This document shows positions 36,100-49,320 of a DNA stretch of 64,000 bases, in pieces. Both the position numbers and the translations under genes were made by a program. The stretch is from positions 1 through 64,000 of the forward strand of contig NW_021833757.1 of the NCBI RefSeq assembly GCF_006345805.1, read 5' to 3'. Positions within the stretch are counted from its first letter, which is position 1. Every line of letters starts with the position of its first letter. Under the pieces are notes generated by a model. It was not told where the DNA came from, searched no databases, and saw only the letters and a list, made by a program, of their open reading frames with translations. This DNA comes from Octopus sinensis (lineage: Eukaryota).

Positions 36100-38915
36100 G
36101 GTGAATTCCACGTCACTTTCCGGCCTCTCTCGTTGGGTGTGCTCTTCTTGCTCTTCATTTCCTCCTTCTTATTTAAATGATGGTCACCACTCCGTCTCTC
36201 CTCCCTCTCTTGACAATCCTTCAGATCCATTTTTATTGGACTCTGAATCGGTCCTTAAATTGGTTCATGATTATCGTGTTTCTTTCCGCATTCCCATCCG
36301 AATCCCAAAATCAGCCCGTATTTCGGTGGCCCTAAACCTTTCTTCTTTAATTGAGTCTGCCATTTCCGATCCATCCATTCATAATTGGAATCGTTTGTTT
36401 TTTTCCCAACTTTTGCGTTGGGCTCCCCTGTTCGTCGCCCCGGTGCCGGTGCCTCTTTTGTTTCTCTTTTGAAAAAGAATATGAGTCAGTTTATGACTGG
36501 CTCTTTCGCTCCGTCTCCCTCTCATTTACCTTCTACCGCTAAGCCCTCGTCGAAGGACGGTTCTAAACGTTTACGGTCTCGGATTAACTCCTGCTTAATG
36601 TCGCATGATGTCAGCGCGGCTGTTCGTCTCTTGTCATCTTCTGATTCTGTCCGTACAATCACCCCCGATGTTGTTCGCATTCTCAAGGAAAAGCACCCTA
36701 TTGGAAAACCAGTAACTTTTGATGTGGCCCAATCGTCCTGTTTTCCCTTTTCTGTTTCTCCCAAACAACTTTTGGACGCCTTAAACTCCTTTAGGGGTAA
36801 CAGTAGTGGAGGTATCGACGGTCTCCGTCCTATTCATTTGAGAGACTTAATTTCCGCCAATGGGGATACCGGGAATCGCCTCTTGAATGCTTGCACTAAC
36901 TTGTGCAATTTATTCCTGAGCGGCAAAATTTCTGACCATGCTAGAATTCTGTTCTTTTCCGCGAATCTTACGGCCTTGGGCAAGAAAGATGGCGGTATCA
37001 GGCCTATCGCTGTTGGAAATGTCTTTCGCCGTTTATTTGCGAAAGTCTGTTGCAAGTCCGTTATTCCTTCTATTGGCGAGCAACTGCAGCCCATTCAGTT
37101 GGGTGTGGGTGTTCCTGGCGGTTGCGAGTCTTCTGTCCATGCCTGTCGTTGTTTTATTCACGGTTCTACTCGTTCCAATATTCCCCTTGCCTTATTGAAA
37201 CTGGATGTAACTAATGCTTTCAATTCTCTGGACCGTGGTCATATGTTGGAGGTCTGTCAAGACCGTGTTCCACACTTGCTTCCCTTTATATCGCTTTCGT
37301 ACTCATTTCCATCACTTTTAATCGCCGGTGGTTCTTTCATTTTTTCGTCCTGTGGCGTCCAACAGGGGGATCCTTTGGGCCCATTACTGTTTGCTCTTGC
37401 AGTGGATGCCATTGCCCGCGTTAATGAATCGCCCCTTAATCTTTGGTATCTCGACGATTGCACCCTGGGCGGTCCGCCTGATGTTTTGCTAAAGGACTTA
37501 GCCAGACTAATTCCGGCTTTATCCGACATTGGTCTGGTTATTAATTCAAGCAAGTCCGAGATTGTCAATCTCTCTGTTGAACCATCCCTGTTTAAGAACT
37601 CCTTCTCTCTTTTTTGCAAACTCCTTCCTGAGTTGAGACAGACACCTCTGTCTGATCTGGAAATTCTGGGGTCACCGATTCTCACCGACTCAGCTACTCG
37701 AATCCTCCTTGCCAAGAAAAATCTTATTGCATCTCTTTGTGAAAAACTTTCTGTCATTGATCCTCATCCTTCATTTTACATCCTCAAGAACTATCTTTTG
37801 ATCCCAAAAATTGTTTATATCCTGAGGAGCTCACCTTGTTTTTATGCAACCCAAATGCTGGAATCTTATGATTCCTTGGTTCGGAGGTCTGCGGAGAAAA
37901 TTCTCAATGTGCATTTCGACGATATTGCCTGGTGTCAAGCTAAACTTCCTGTGAGTCACGGGGGTCTGGGCCTCCGTTCTAGTATGGATTTGGCTCTTCC
38001 TGCCTTTCTTTCTTCGGCGTCTGGATCATATCTTCTTGTCCAAAAGATTCTGGAAAAAACTACTGAATCATCGTTGGACTCTGATATTGATTCAGCCCTC
38101 GCTTTTTGGAAAGGCAATTTCTCTGAGGTCCCTTCCGATGTCTCTTCTCAGCGAGACTGGGACAAAATTCTCTGCCGTCGTTCTTCTACTGACTTGGAAC
38201 CACTCCTCGACCAACACAGACTGGCTTGTTTCCGATCCGCCTGTCAGCCATACTCAGGCTCCTGGCTGAATGTTCTCCCTTCTCCGCTTTTGGATACTGT
38301 CCTCGATAGGGATTCACTCCGTCTGGGTATCTGTAATCGCCTTGGACTCCCTGTCTGCAGACCTCATCCATGTCGTTGTGGGGATAAAGTTGACGCCTTT
38401 GGGCTACATCCTCTGTCTTGTCGAATGAACGCCGGCCGATTTCCTCGGCACACCGAAATCAACAGTCTAATTCAGAAAGCTCTGGAAAGAGCTGGTTTCC
38501 CTTGTATTCTGGAACCGACGGGCCTTGTTCTTGATGATGCAAAACGTCCGGACGGCTGTACGCTGTTCGCTTTTGAATCCGGGAAACAGCTCGTTTGGGA
38601 CGTCACCTGTTCCGACTCCTTCGTCAAGGGTGCCTTAAATGCTACGGCTTGTCGTCCCGGCTCGTCGGCCGAGAAGGCCGAATTTGCAAAACTATCGAAA
38701 TATGTTGATTTACTCGATCGATTTTGCTTTTGGGCAATTGCTGTCGAAACCTCCTGTGTTTTTGGGGCCAAGACGCTTGCCCATCTCAAGAAACTTGGCC
38801 GCTTGTGCACCCACCGCTCCAGAGATCCGAGGGAATTTATATTCCTCATTCAGAGGATCTCGCTGGCTGTTTTACGCGGGAATTGTCTTTCAATCCTGCG
38901 AGCCAGTTCATAATA
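36100..38915 (+). mobile_element. Near-complete CRE-like retrotransposon, truncated inside the PHD finger
   Basis: WVCSSC PHD end, RIPKSAR, RPIAVG, QLGVG, GVQQGDPLGP, WYLDD, CRCG..H..C, RPDG and WDVTC. One frameshift near 36400, then open to 38913. Confidence 0.93.
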
Positions 38916-39079
38916 GGTAGTTTTTTTTTTGTTGTTTTCGTTAATAAACAATTCAGTTCAGACTTGTTTGAGGATTGTCTTTGAAATGAGACTTTTTTGT
39001 TTTTTTTCGAAAAAGAGTGTTTTTTAACTGTAATTTATTGAAAATGTATTTGGTAGTAGAAATTGATGGTAAAGTTGAG

Positions 39080-39600
39080 TTAATGCACGTTCGCCTTGCC
39101 AGTAAACAAAGTTTATGGTTTCGCTTGTGCCATGTTTTTAACTATTTTTGTCGTTAGCCCTTTTCATCCTTTCCGTCGTCTTGCCCTCTTTCCGATTTCG
39201 TCCAGATCGTCTGCATCCTTCAATGTTCCCCAAGTACCTGCGTTGTACATCAGGACAGATCGGACAAATGCATCATATAATCGTAGGCGCATCTTAGTCG
39301 AAATTTGATTTTTTCTCATTCAGATAGATTGAAGTTTTTTAAGTGCAATTGTTGATAATATTTTTTGTCTGGTAATATCTTCGGAATCGCCAAGAAGAGA
39401 TCCGAGTTTTCGGACGTTTCGCCACTTCTCATCTATGCGAGTTGGCATACGTTCGATGGTAATTATTTCGGTTTTCTCTTCGTTGACTTTGAGTGACCAT
39501 TTATCGAAAATTGTTCTTGCTTTCTCCATAATAATTTCTATTAATTTCGGATCCTCAACGACGAATGCAAATGTTCATTTGGTACTGTTGCATTTCATCC
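39080..39600 (-). mobile_element. RTE-like RT 3' fragment
   Basis: LKVNEEKTE, KLGSLLG, RLRLYDAFVRSVLMYNAGTW. Confidence 0.75.
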
Positions 39601-39654
39601 TGCACGAAAATAGCCTCTAAATGAATTAATGAAAATTTTTATGAATATTAGATC

Positions 39655-40735
39655 GAAAATTTAAAAAATTGCACTATGCCGAATTTGTAAATTTTATTCT
39701 AATTTTTTTTAAAAAATTTGAATTTTTTACCGGCTTGTGGAGATGAATGATACAGTTGTCATGCGAAAATTTGCTGAAGGACTATGAACTTCCCCGTACT
39801 GAAATGGAGTCAGTTGCCTTCCTTCAAGAGGTTGGAATCTTTCGTAAAGAAAAAAATGTCAAAACAGACATTTTATTACCCTTCTCCAACAGCAGGAGAA
39901 TACAACATGGGTGTGTTATAAAAGTGGGTGTCGAACATATAGTTCTATTAGAAACGGTATAAGAGAGTACTTTATTTTTAGGTACGTGGCTCGAAGGCAC
40001 GAAAGTGAGCTTACAGTCATGCTTTATGTACATGTGGAGTTTCGACAGTATTTTGTGGTGTCGGCGTCAACTGGAATGGAGCAGCCATACAATTCGTAAT
40101 TGGTCTCACTCCCAGGTTTGCGCATATTATTTAGCAAATCGTCCGAACACACTGATTGGTATTAGTGTTCCATTGTTAGGTAGTATTGGCAAAGTTGTCC
40201 AAGTTGACGAATGCATGTTATCTAAACGGAAAAACATGTTTTCTCCCTCAACAATGGGTGTTTGGGGGAATCTGTCGTGGAAGTAAAGACTGTTTCATCA
40301 AGATGGTTCCAGATCGCTCCAAAAGAACTCTAACCGCCGCAATACAGGAAAATATCGCACCGGGATCAGTGATACACACTGACAAATGGAAGGGTAATTC
40401 TACTATATTCTTGCTAATAGGTTATTCAACGCCAGATCTCAATGCTCTTGCTTATGTGCACCTTACAGTTGGCCATAATTCGTTTATAAATTTGCAGACG
40501 AAATTTTGTAGATCCGAGCACAGGTGCACAGAATGTTGAGAGGTTCAGATAATAATTATGAAAATATAGAATGTGGGGGTGCGCAAAATGGCGCAATAAG
40601 AGACAAAGGGGGACGTCACTTCATGGGTGCATATTTGCAGGTATTAAATACTCTTAATACATTTATAGAATTTTTATGGAGAAGGCAAAATATTTTCATC
40701 AGTGTACAGCCTGTCCTACAAGTAGAGAACTAACC
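39655..40735 (+). mobile_element. Merlin transposon, arm-2 copy
   Basis: Introns 39957-39981 and 40394-40420. The first joins two ORFs that are in different frames. Confidence 0.85.
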
Positions 40736-40744
40736 TAATAGTAG

Positions 40745-41906
40745 TGACTTGATCATTCTCCCCGGCTACATCGACTTTGCGGCAGACCAAGTGGTATGTC
40801 TAAAGTGTCATTTCAGAACTTGAAAACCAATTTAATCAAAAAATAGTCCTAAATTGCCCATTCGTATCAACCCCAATGGACACGGTGACAGAGTCCCGAA
40901 TGGCAATCGCCATGGCGTATTGACTGACCGACATTGGTAGTTGGAGGGGGGCATAGGCATAATCCACAACAACTGTCTGCCCGAGGAACAAGCCAGTCAT
41001 GTCCGACTAGTCAAATCCTCCAAACAGGGCTTCATTATGAACCCAGTTGTCGTCTCCCCCAGCACTACTGTGGCAGATTACAAAATCCTGGTCAATAAAC
41101 ATGGCTTTTCTGGCTTCCCGGTGACACTTAATGGACGGTTGTTGGGCCTGGTGACTCAACGGGACATTGATTTGTGCTGTGTGTCCGACCAGACAAGGAT
41201 GGAAGTGGTTTGCCTCGACTTGTCACTGCAGGTGATGACCCCCGGAGAGTCATTGGTCACTTCTAACGATGGGATCAACTTCCAAGACGCCTACAAGACC
41301 CTCCGAAATGTAAAGAAAGGGAAACTCCCAATCGTCGACAAAGTGGACTGTCTGGTTGCACTGGTCGGGATCTATTTGTATCACTCAGGAGGTCAGTCAC
41401 CCACTAATCCCCCAGTCATGGCTGTTGGTCGAGGACAGGCCAGTGCTGTGTACCACGTCAGTCAGTTGGCCAGACAATTCGGAGTGCCAGTCATTGCCGA
41501 TGGGGGAGTCCAGTCCCCGGGACACATCGCCAAGGCAATTGCCCTGGGAGCCTCCACAGGTACCCCATTCAGCTACATGCACTAGTCATGATGGGATCCA
41601 TGTTTGCTGCCACCTCCGAATCCCCCATCGAGTCTGCCCTCATCAACGACGTCAAAGTGAGGCCTTATCGCGGAATGGGGTCACTCGACGCCATGGAGTT
41701 GACCAAGGATGTCCAGGCTCGATATTTATGGTTGGGGTATTACTCATCTTAGCCACGGGTCCTCCATTCAAGTGGCTCAGGGGGTTTCCGGCACAGTCCT
41801 CGACAAGGGATCCGCCCATCTATTCCTCAAATATCTTTCACAGAGTTTAAAGCAGAGTCTTCAGGACATGGGAGGACTGTCCATTATACATTTTCCTTCT
41901 TACTGA
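40745..41906 (+). pseudogene. IMPDH: IMPDH pseudogene, arm-2 copy
   Basis: Introns 40794-40816, 40917-40940, 41208(or 41205)-41231, 41392-41415, 41560-41585 and 41731-41752 (22-27 nt). Same deletion at ~41365, plus two extra 1-bp deletions. Confidence 0.95.
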
Positions 41907-42389
41907 CGAGATCACTCGCCTCGAAGGAACACCTCACTATTCGGGAGATAATTTCTTAGTTGAGAATATAAATATTTTAATTAATTAGGATGATGAATAT
42001 TAATAATACACAAAGAATGGTCATATTTGTGTCATTTCCTGATATCTCAGCATATCACGTTGTCCCCACATTTGACTCATTGCAAGCTTGTATAAATAAT
42101 ATAAGAATTACTCAGTCGGCACATAGCCTTGGTTTTCTGGTGGTTTTAGCAATACTGATGATGAAGTTCCTTTGGAATACACTAATACACTATGTTCGGG
42201 TATCTTGGACCAAGTCGCTAACTTAAATGCGTAGGAAGGTTTGAATAAAAATTTAGGCAAAAAATTGTACTTTGGAAAAAATCGAATTGACGGACAAAGA
42301 ATTTAATAACGGAAATGGCTAAATTAATTACACATTGAATATTAGTGGTAGAAGAAAGAATGTTAATATTTGTGTCATTTCTTAATATC

Positions 42390-45300
42390 TAGGGCAATTT
42401 AAGTGCTAAAATGCTATTTTTACTTTTTATTTATTTAATATAAAATTGAATTTGGAATAATTATTTTTTAATTGTTAAAAAAACATACATTATAAATGCT
42501 ATAAATGCTATTTTTAATTTAAATGCTAATTTTTTTAATGCTAATTTAAATTGCATTAAAATTTTTTTAATGCCACCCATAAAATGATAATAAATTAATT
42601 TAAATAAAATAATTTAGCACGCTATATAGTATTTTGAGTGATGCCAAAACCCAAGTGTTCGTTGCTTAAGAAAGCCAAGCGTATAGTCTCAGAATTCAAA
42701 GATGAGTTCTGTATTGCTGACGATGGCCTTCTATTTTGTTCTCTTTGTTTATCCAAAGTCAACTGTGCAAAAACATTTTCAGTCGATTCTCATCGTTCTT
42801 CTTTAAAACATCAGAACAATATGCGTATAAATGTAATACAATTGTAGGTCATTCATGTGATTCAGTTCAAACAACATTAACTGAATCAATCAAAGTAGAT
42901 TCGGTTAAAGAAACGATCACGGAAGCTTTTGTATAAGCAAACATCCCGCTATACAAATTAAAAAATGATTCGATCAAAAAAATGTTTAAAACATTTAACA
43001 TTAACACTCCGTCCGAATTTTCATGCAGAACTACGGTTAAATTTCTTGCACAAAAAAGATAAATGAGTTGGAAAAATGATTAACGTTAAAGTTTATTTTT
43101 TAACTTTAGAAACGAAAAGATTTTTATAATAATTGATGAAACAGATATCCGAAGGAAAAGTTTGTAGTGATTCTAATTGGAAGCATTCGCTTTCCAACAA
43201 AATCCTATTTGGTTGAATGCAAACCACTGGAAAATCATGCCAATGTTGCTATCATCTGCCAAATAATAGATGACGTCATTAGAAAAATGAAGATTATTCG
43301 TGACAATTTTTATCTGTAATCTCAGATGCCGCTCCTTATATGATTTCTGGTGATATAAAAGTAAAAAACAGCTGTTCTTCTTGTGGTGAGGTGAGTGAGC
43401 GAAATATAATGAAAGAAGAAGACTCCAAGACGATGGAAACTCTTCGGATAGTTGGGAGGGATCCCTCTATCTGTTATGGGTGTAATAAGATCAACACCAG
43501 GAAATGTGGCGTTTACTGCTCAATGTGTAATAAATTCTGGCATATTAGCTGCGCGCACCTTACCAAAGCCGCAGTGAAATTACTCCGGCGCTGGAGCTGC
43601 CACTGTTGTATGGCTTTACTCCGAATCTCGGCTTCGCAGCATCAGTCTCCTTCGCTTCATGAACCCAAATCAGAACACTATATTCTCAAAATTTCCAACT
43701 TACGGAAATCTAAGAAGATACCTTTACGTATCCCTAAACAGGCTCGGATCTCAGCGGCAAACTGCTTGTGCGATCTTATCACTGATGCGCTAAGCTCCGG
43801 GGGGGACCATTCTTGGATCCGTCTCCTCTCTTTTGCACCTTGTGTGTTTGGACAAGCAATTGATGGTTCAGTACAAAAGAAGAGTCTCTCGGCTGCCATT
43901 AAGTCGAACTCTGCGAGATTGGATGTCTCATGGATTGATTTCGATTGTGAAGCGACCAATTTCCAAACGTGCATCACGGAAAAATCCCCCCAGTGGTTCA
44001 AAACCCAAGTTAGTCGTAAACTCATGGATGGCGACATCCGTGCGGCAGTTCGGGTCCTTTCGTCCGCTGATTCACTTGCTGAATCTACTGCCGAGACTTT
44101 GGAACACCTCAAAAACAAACATCCGATGCCCCCAGATGACTTACGGGAGTTTCCCACACGAGACAATGCAATTATACTGTCAATTTCTGATGATGAAATT
44201 TTGGAAGGGATTAAATCTTTCAGACCGAGTAGCAGTGGGGGATTTGATGGTCTCCGGCCGAGTCATATAAAGGACATGATTTCCCGATTGACTATGGAGA
44301 CTGGAATCCGCCTGATCAAGTGTATTACCAAGCTTGTCGAACGGATTGTCAATGCTGAGATTTCAGGCTTTGCAAGGGATCTACTTTTCTGTTCACACCT
44401 TATTGCTTTCCGAAAGAACGATGGAGGAGTCCGCCCCATTGCAGTCGGTAATGTCTTCCGGAGGCTCGCATGCAAAATTGCAGCCCGAAGAGTCTGTCCC
44501 CGTGTTGCCGCTGAATTATCTCCAGTCCAACTGGGAGTTGGTGTTTCCAACGGATGTGAAGCTGCTGTCCACGCGACAAGAGCTTTTTTTTCACCTGACA
44601 CAAGACATTCCCCAAATTCCTTTGCGGTGAAGCTGGATATCTCAAACGCGTTCAACAGTCTGAGAAGGGACTGTATGGAATCGTGCTCGCAGCGTACCCC
44701 AGAGATCATGAGTCTGGCTCACCTTGCTTACGGGTCCGAAAGTTCGCTTGTCTTTGACAAACACATTGTCCGTTCACGGACTGGAGTCCAACAAGGTGAC
44801 CCTCTTGGCCCTTACTATTCGCTCTGTCAATCGACGAGGTGGCTCGTAATGTAAAGACACCTCTCAACCTTTGGTACCTTGACGATGCCACTATTGGTGG
44901 CCCTGTTGATGTCGTCTTGGATGAGTTATATAAAATTGTTCCTGCCCTGGCAAAAATGGGGCTGATAATCAACACCAAAAAACTGAGATCATAAATATCT
45001 CAGTCCCAATTCAAGACTTTGGCTTAGTAATGGAAAAGATTTCAGAAATCTTGCCAGACACAAAACAAACACGCCTCAACGATGTTTATTTTCTTGGGTG
45101 TCCTTTCGGAGAGTCCGAAGTGCAAAACCACCTCAGAGCTAAGAGTGTCGAAATGTCCCGTTTTACTGAACGCCTCTCTCTACTCGACTCCCACACGGCC
45201 TTTTTCCTCCTCAAAAATTGCATCCACGTGCCCAAACTGTTATATTTATTGAGATGCTCGCCCTGCTTTATACAAGATGAAATATTGCATTCTATCGATG

Positions 45301-46804
45301 ATACGTTAAGATTGTGTGCCGAGTGGATCCTAAATGTCCGTTTCGATAATGATGGGTGGACCCAGTGTAAACTACCTCTTAATTCTGGCGGAGCTGGCCT
45401 AAGATCCGCCCTGGACCTTGCCCTCCCAGCTTTCCTGTCCTCTCACTCATCCTGCCGAAGGCTATCCTTGGAGATTCTACATAAATCCCCCGAATCTTCT
45501 TGGACAGGCCTTTTGAAGATGGATGTATGCTGTGGAAGGAATCAGGATTAAAATTCCCGATCCAACATCACTCCAACAGAGCTGGGACAAATTACGCTGC
45601 GAATTCACCGCAGACAACCTGGCAATGAGGCTCGACCAGCACCGCCTCGCCTGCTTACGCTCTGCAGCTGTGCCACACAGTGGGTCATGGCTGAATGCTA
45701 TGCCAATTGCTGGCCTCGGAACATTATTAGAGGATGACTGCATGCGTATCGGTACTGCACTGAGACTCGGACTTGACATCTGCGAACAACATCGTTGTAG
45801 ATGTGGAAAAATGGTTGACGTCAAAGGTGTACACCCACTCTCTTGCAAACGAAGTGCTGGCCGAGCTCCTCGGCACTCCGCTATTAACAATGTTATCTTA
45901 AGAGCTCTTGAGTCGGCGGGCTTCCCCTCGATCCTAGAGCCAGTGGGCTTAGATCGTGGAGATGGGAAAAGACCCGATGGAATGACCACTTTTCCCTACT
46001 CCTGTGGAAAATCGTTGGTTTGGGATTCAACGTGTGTTGACACCCATTCCAAAACTAATATGATCTCTTCTGCTGTTTCTCCAGGTTCTGCAGCAGATGC
46101 TGCAGAGCAAAGAAAAATTGCCAAATACGCAAATCTTGGACAACGGTACCGCTTCGTACCTATCGCTGTGGAGACTTCTGGGGTAACCGGCCCTCTTACG
46201 ACTTCTTTCATCAGAGAAGTCGGAGGAAAAGTTGCTAGGCGACGTGGGAGCCTCGAGAAGTGTCATGGTTATTCCAACAAATTGGAATAGCTGTCGTTCG
46301 CGGCAATGCACACTCCATCATGCGTGCAACCGCAAGTGCCTTTTAATCATTGACTAACTTATTTCAAAATTAAAAAAAAAAAAAAAAAAAAAATATAAAA
46401 GTATTAAATAAATAGGCGATAAAACTTTAAGGGTCATGTATAACAACGGCATCATTTGACTTAGTTTTCTAATGTTACACAATACGGTTTACGTATAAAG
46501 TCTGCATATTCCGGAAAAGATGGCCTAATTGCAAGCATTAAAGCTGCCACAGTAAAAAACCGAAGACGGTCGTAATTTGTTCAAGGATGTTGGATACCCA
46601 CCTGATGTCGTAATTACTAGGTATTCTTTTTCTTAATTTATGCAGATGGGGAAGTTGGGTTAAAGCAGCGAAATATTATTTCACGAATTTTGAAAAAATT
46701 TGTGATTGAAGATCGAAATAACGACGCCCTCAGTAGTTTGGCTTTAAAAATGAAAGGAAGAACTGCCTGTACAGTTTGGATTTGTCGTTGAAGCCATAAT
46801 CCTG
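42390..46804 (+). mobile_element. Arm-2 copy of the hAT element, interrupted by a CRE-like insertion
   Basis: Matches 9256-10648 inverted. The insertion lies inside the 27-nt intron. The second intron is at 46621-46645. Confidence 0.8.
43364..46392 (+). mobile_element. Apparently full-length CRE-like retrotransposon (PHD-RT-RLE), arm-2 specific
   Basis: TSD atataaaagta (43353-43363 and 46393-46403) and ~22-nt poly(A). ATG at 43409, C4HC3 PHD finger, RT with WYLDD, and RLE. Several 1-bp frameshifts. Confidence 0.94.
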
Positions 46805-49300
46805 TACAAATTAATTTATTGGACATTTTCAAATTTTATTTTGAGTTTTTCGTGGTTTTAGTTCTATTAATTCTTATTGACATTCATCGTCAGAATTTAG
46901 ATTATTTAATTTCATTAGAAATTATTCCAATTTCAGAATATAGGCTAAGAATATTGAACCAAATTGCAGGAGACTCAAAAAAGGTTTTCACACCACAAAT
47001 TTAATGCGATTTGTTAACCGGGTTGAAAGGTATGATCCCCGAGTTACTCGTGGAGAGGACCTTTATGATTTTTGATTTAACAAATAAGATTTGTTCTGTT
47101 TCCCATAACATGATTACAATTATTATATACAAAATTTTGATAAGATGCAACTTTAATTTCAAAATTGTAAATTTGAAATTTTCAAGTGCAATTAGAAGTT
47201 TTTAATTGACAAATTTCAAGTTCATAATTGACGTAAAAATGCTAAGACTGCGCGTTGACATGAATCTGCATATCCGTGCACTGGACGTCAGCCCTAAGAG
47301 GGTGTGGTTGATGGAATAAAACACCACAAATCACGAAAGGGAATAAACTATTAATATATCTTGTTTTGAGTTATACAAACTTTTATTTCAAAAATCGGCA
47401 AATAATAGAATTTACCCAATAATAGAATAAGTAATTTGTAGTAAGAATTTGAACGTAAATATTATTAGAAATCTTCGATTGTCCACATTCAATTCACATG
47501 AATTAAGGTACATACTAATTATTTAATAATTCAAAAATATAACAGAATAAATAAGGAGCTCAAAATACGCTACGTCGTCTGTAGTAAGGGAATCGAAATA
47601 TAAAAATGTTTGTTTATGTTGAGATAGCGATAATTGAATGATTTAAATGAAATAAAAATATATATCCAAAAAGTATTAAATGGTTAAGATGAAAAAAAGA
47701 TTAAATTATTGTCGAAATATCACCAAATTAATTACAAAATGTCGAATATTATACGAAATTATGTAATTCAACAATATATTTAACCAATTTTAATACAAAT
47801 ATTAACTATTAATGAAAAAAATATAATTTGACTAAAAAATTAAAACAACAAAATACATTATGCAGTAACGTGCTATCTAAACATCAGAATTTTAAAATTA
47901 AATAAGTATACTAAAACGAATTTTTAATTATAATATAATTAATTTTTTTTTGAATGTATAAATAATAATCTGTCCCCTCTCCTGCCGCCGGAGCGCAGGC
48001 CGCTAGCCTCGCTACGGAGCAATCAACGACGTAATCTCAAAAGCATTCAATGCTGCTGGCTTCCCCAATGTGCTAATATCCGCTGGATTGAACAGAGGAG
48101 ACGGCAAACGGCCGAATGGGGTGACTACCTCCCCATTCCGAAATGGCAATTACCTCATCTGGGATGCCACGTGTTTAGACACGTGGTCCCCATCCGCCAT
48201 ATTGTCATCTGCATATTCTTCCAGCTCGGCCGTTGCTTTGGCGGAAGCCCCGCAAAGTCAAAAGTACAAGAATTTTGCCTTGACTGTTCAAAAAGTTAAA
48301 GACAAAGTATTGTGGCTGATAAAATTGCAGGAGTAATTAATTAATGTGTTTATTGCCAGGTAAATTTTAATTCTATAATGCTAGACTAAAAAATTAATGG
48401 CGACTAAGCCGAAAATAACGTAAATCATCGCACGTAGGGCTAGAGATAGATGTCTCGCAGATCTCATTGATCTTTGCAGATATTCTGAATTTAACGATAA
48501 ATTCTCTTGGGTATTTTGGATGAAATTATTAATTTAAAGATTTTTGTAATAGTTGATTCCTTTTCAAAATATGTAGTCGAATTATCAAATTTGAAATTAG
48601 CGGTAATAATGTAGCTAATCTTTTCCAAAATGTTTTTTATTATATCGGACCACTAATCATCCTCCATACAGAAAATGGTAAATAATTTTGTAATTCTTAA
48701 ATCTACGAAGTCTGTGAAAAATATTTAATCGAGCATTGCGTAATAGGTCAAGTAGAGAGGTTACCAGTTGACTTTAATTTATAAAGGTTCAACCAAAGCA
48801 TAAAAGGGGGATATCTTCAGCAAGTGTCTTTCGTGGATATTTTGGCCGATATTGTTTATGATTACAATAATACCATACGCTTAAAACCGGAAAAGTTTCG
48901 TTCCGAAGAGGCGACATAAGTCGAGATGCAAGCATCTTACGACTTCATTGTGTCTCTTCGTGTACTCACAATTCAATATTCTGTTGCATCGTGTAGCGAG
49001 GTGGTCGACTGACTTCTTAGCCAGTTTGTAGTGAGGACAATATACATCTAGTTCTGACCAGAACAGATTTTTATCTTGCAGTAAGCAATATAGACCCTCA
49101 CTCCTTGGGCTTATATTGTCTTTCTGCAACCACAAAGAGGATTCTTTAATATCGGAATGAATGTTTTTGTTGCATTTGTAAAGTGATGAATGTAAACTTT
49201 TCGTTTCGATTATATCAATGAAGTATTTGAGTTGAATTTCCTTTAAATTTTTTTACGTTGATTTCATTGTTATATTTGGTGTATTTATGCTTTAAGTAGT

Positions 49301-49320
49301 CTAACCCTAACCCTAACCCT
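49301..49320 (-). repeat. Arm-2 copy of the interstitial telomeric repeat
   Basis: ctaaccctaaccctaaccct. Confidence 0.85.
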
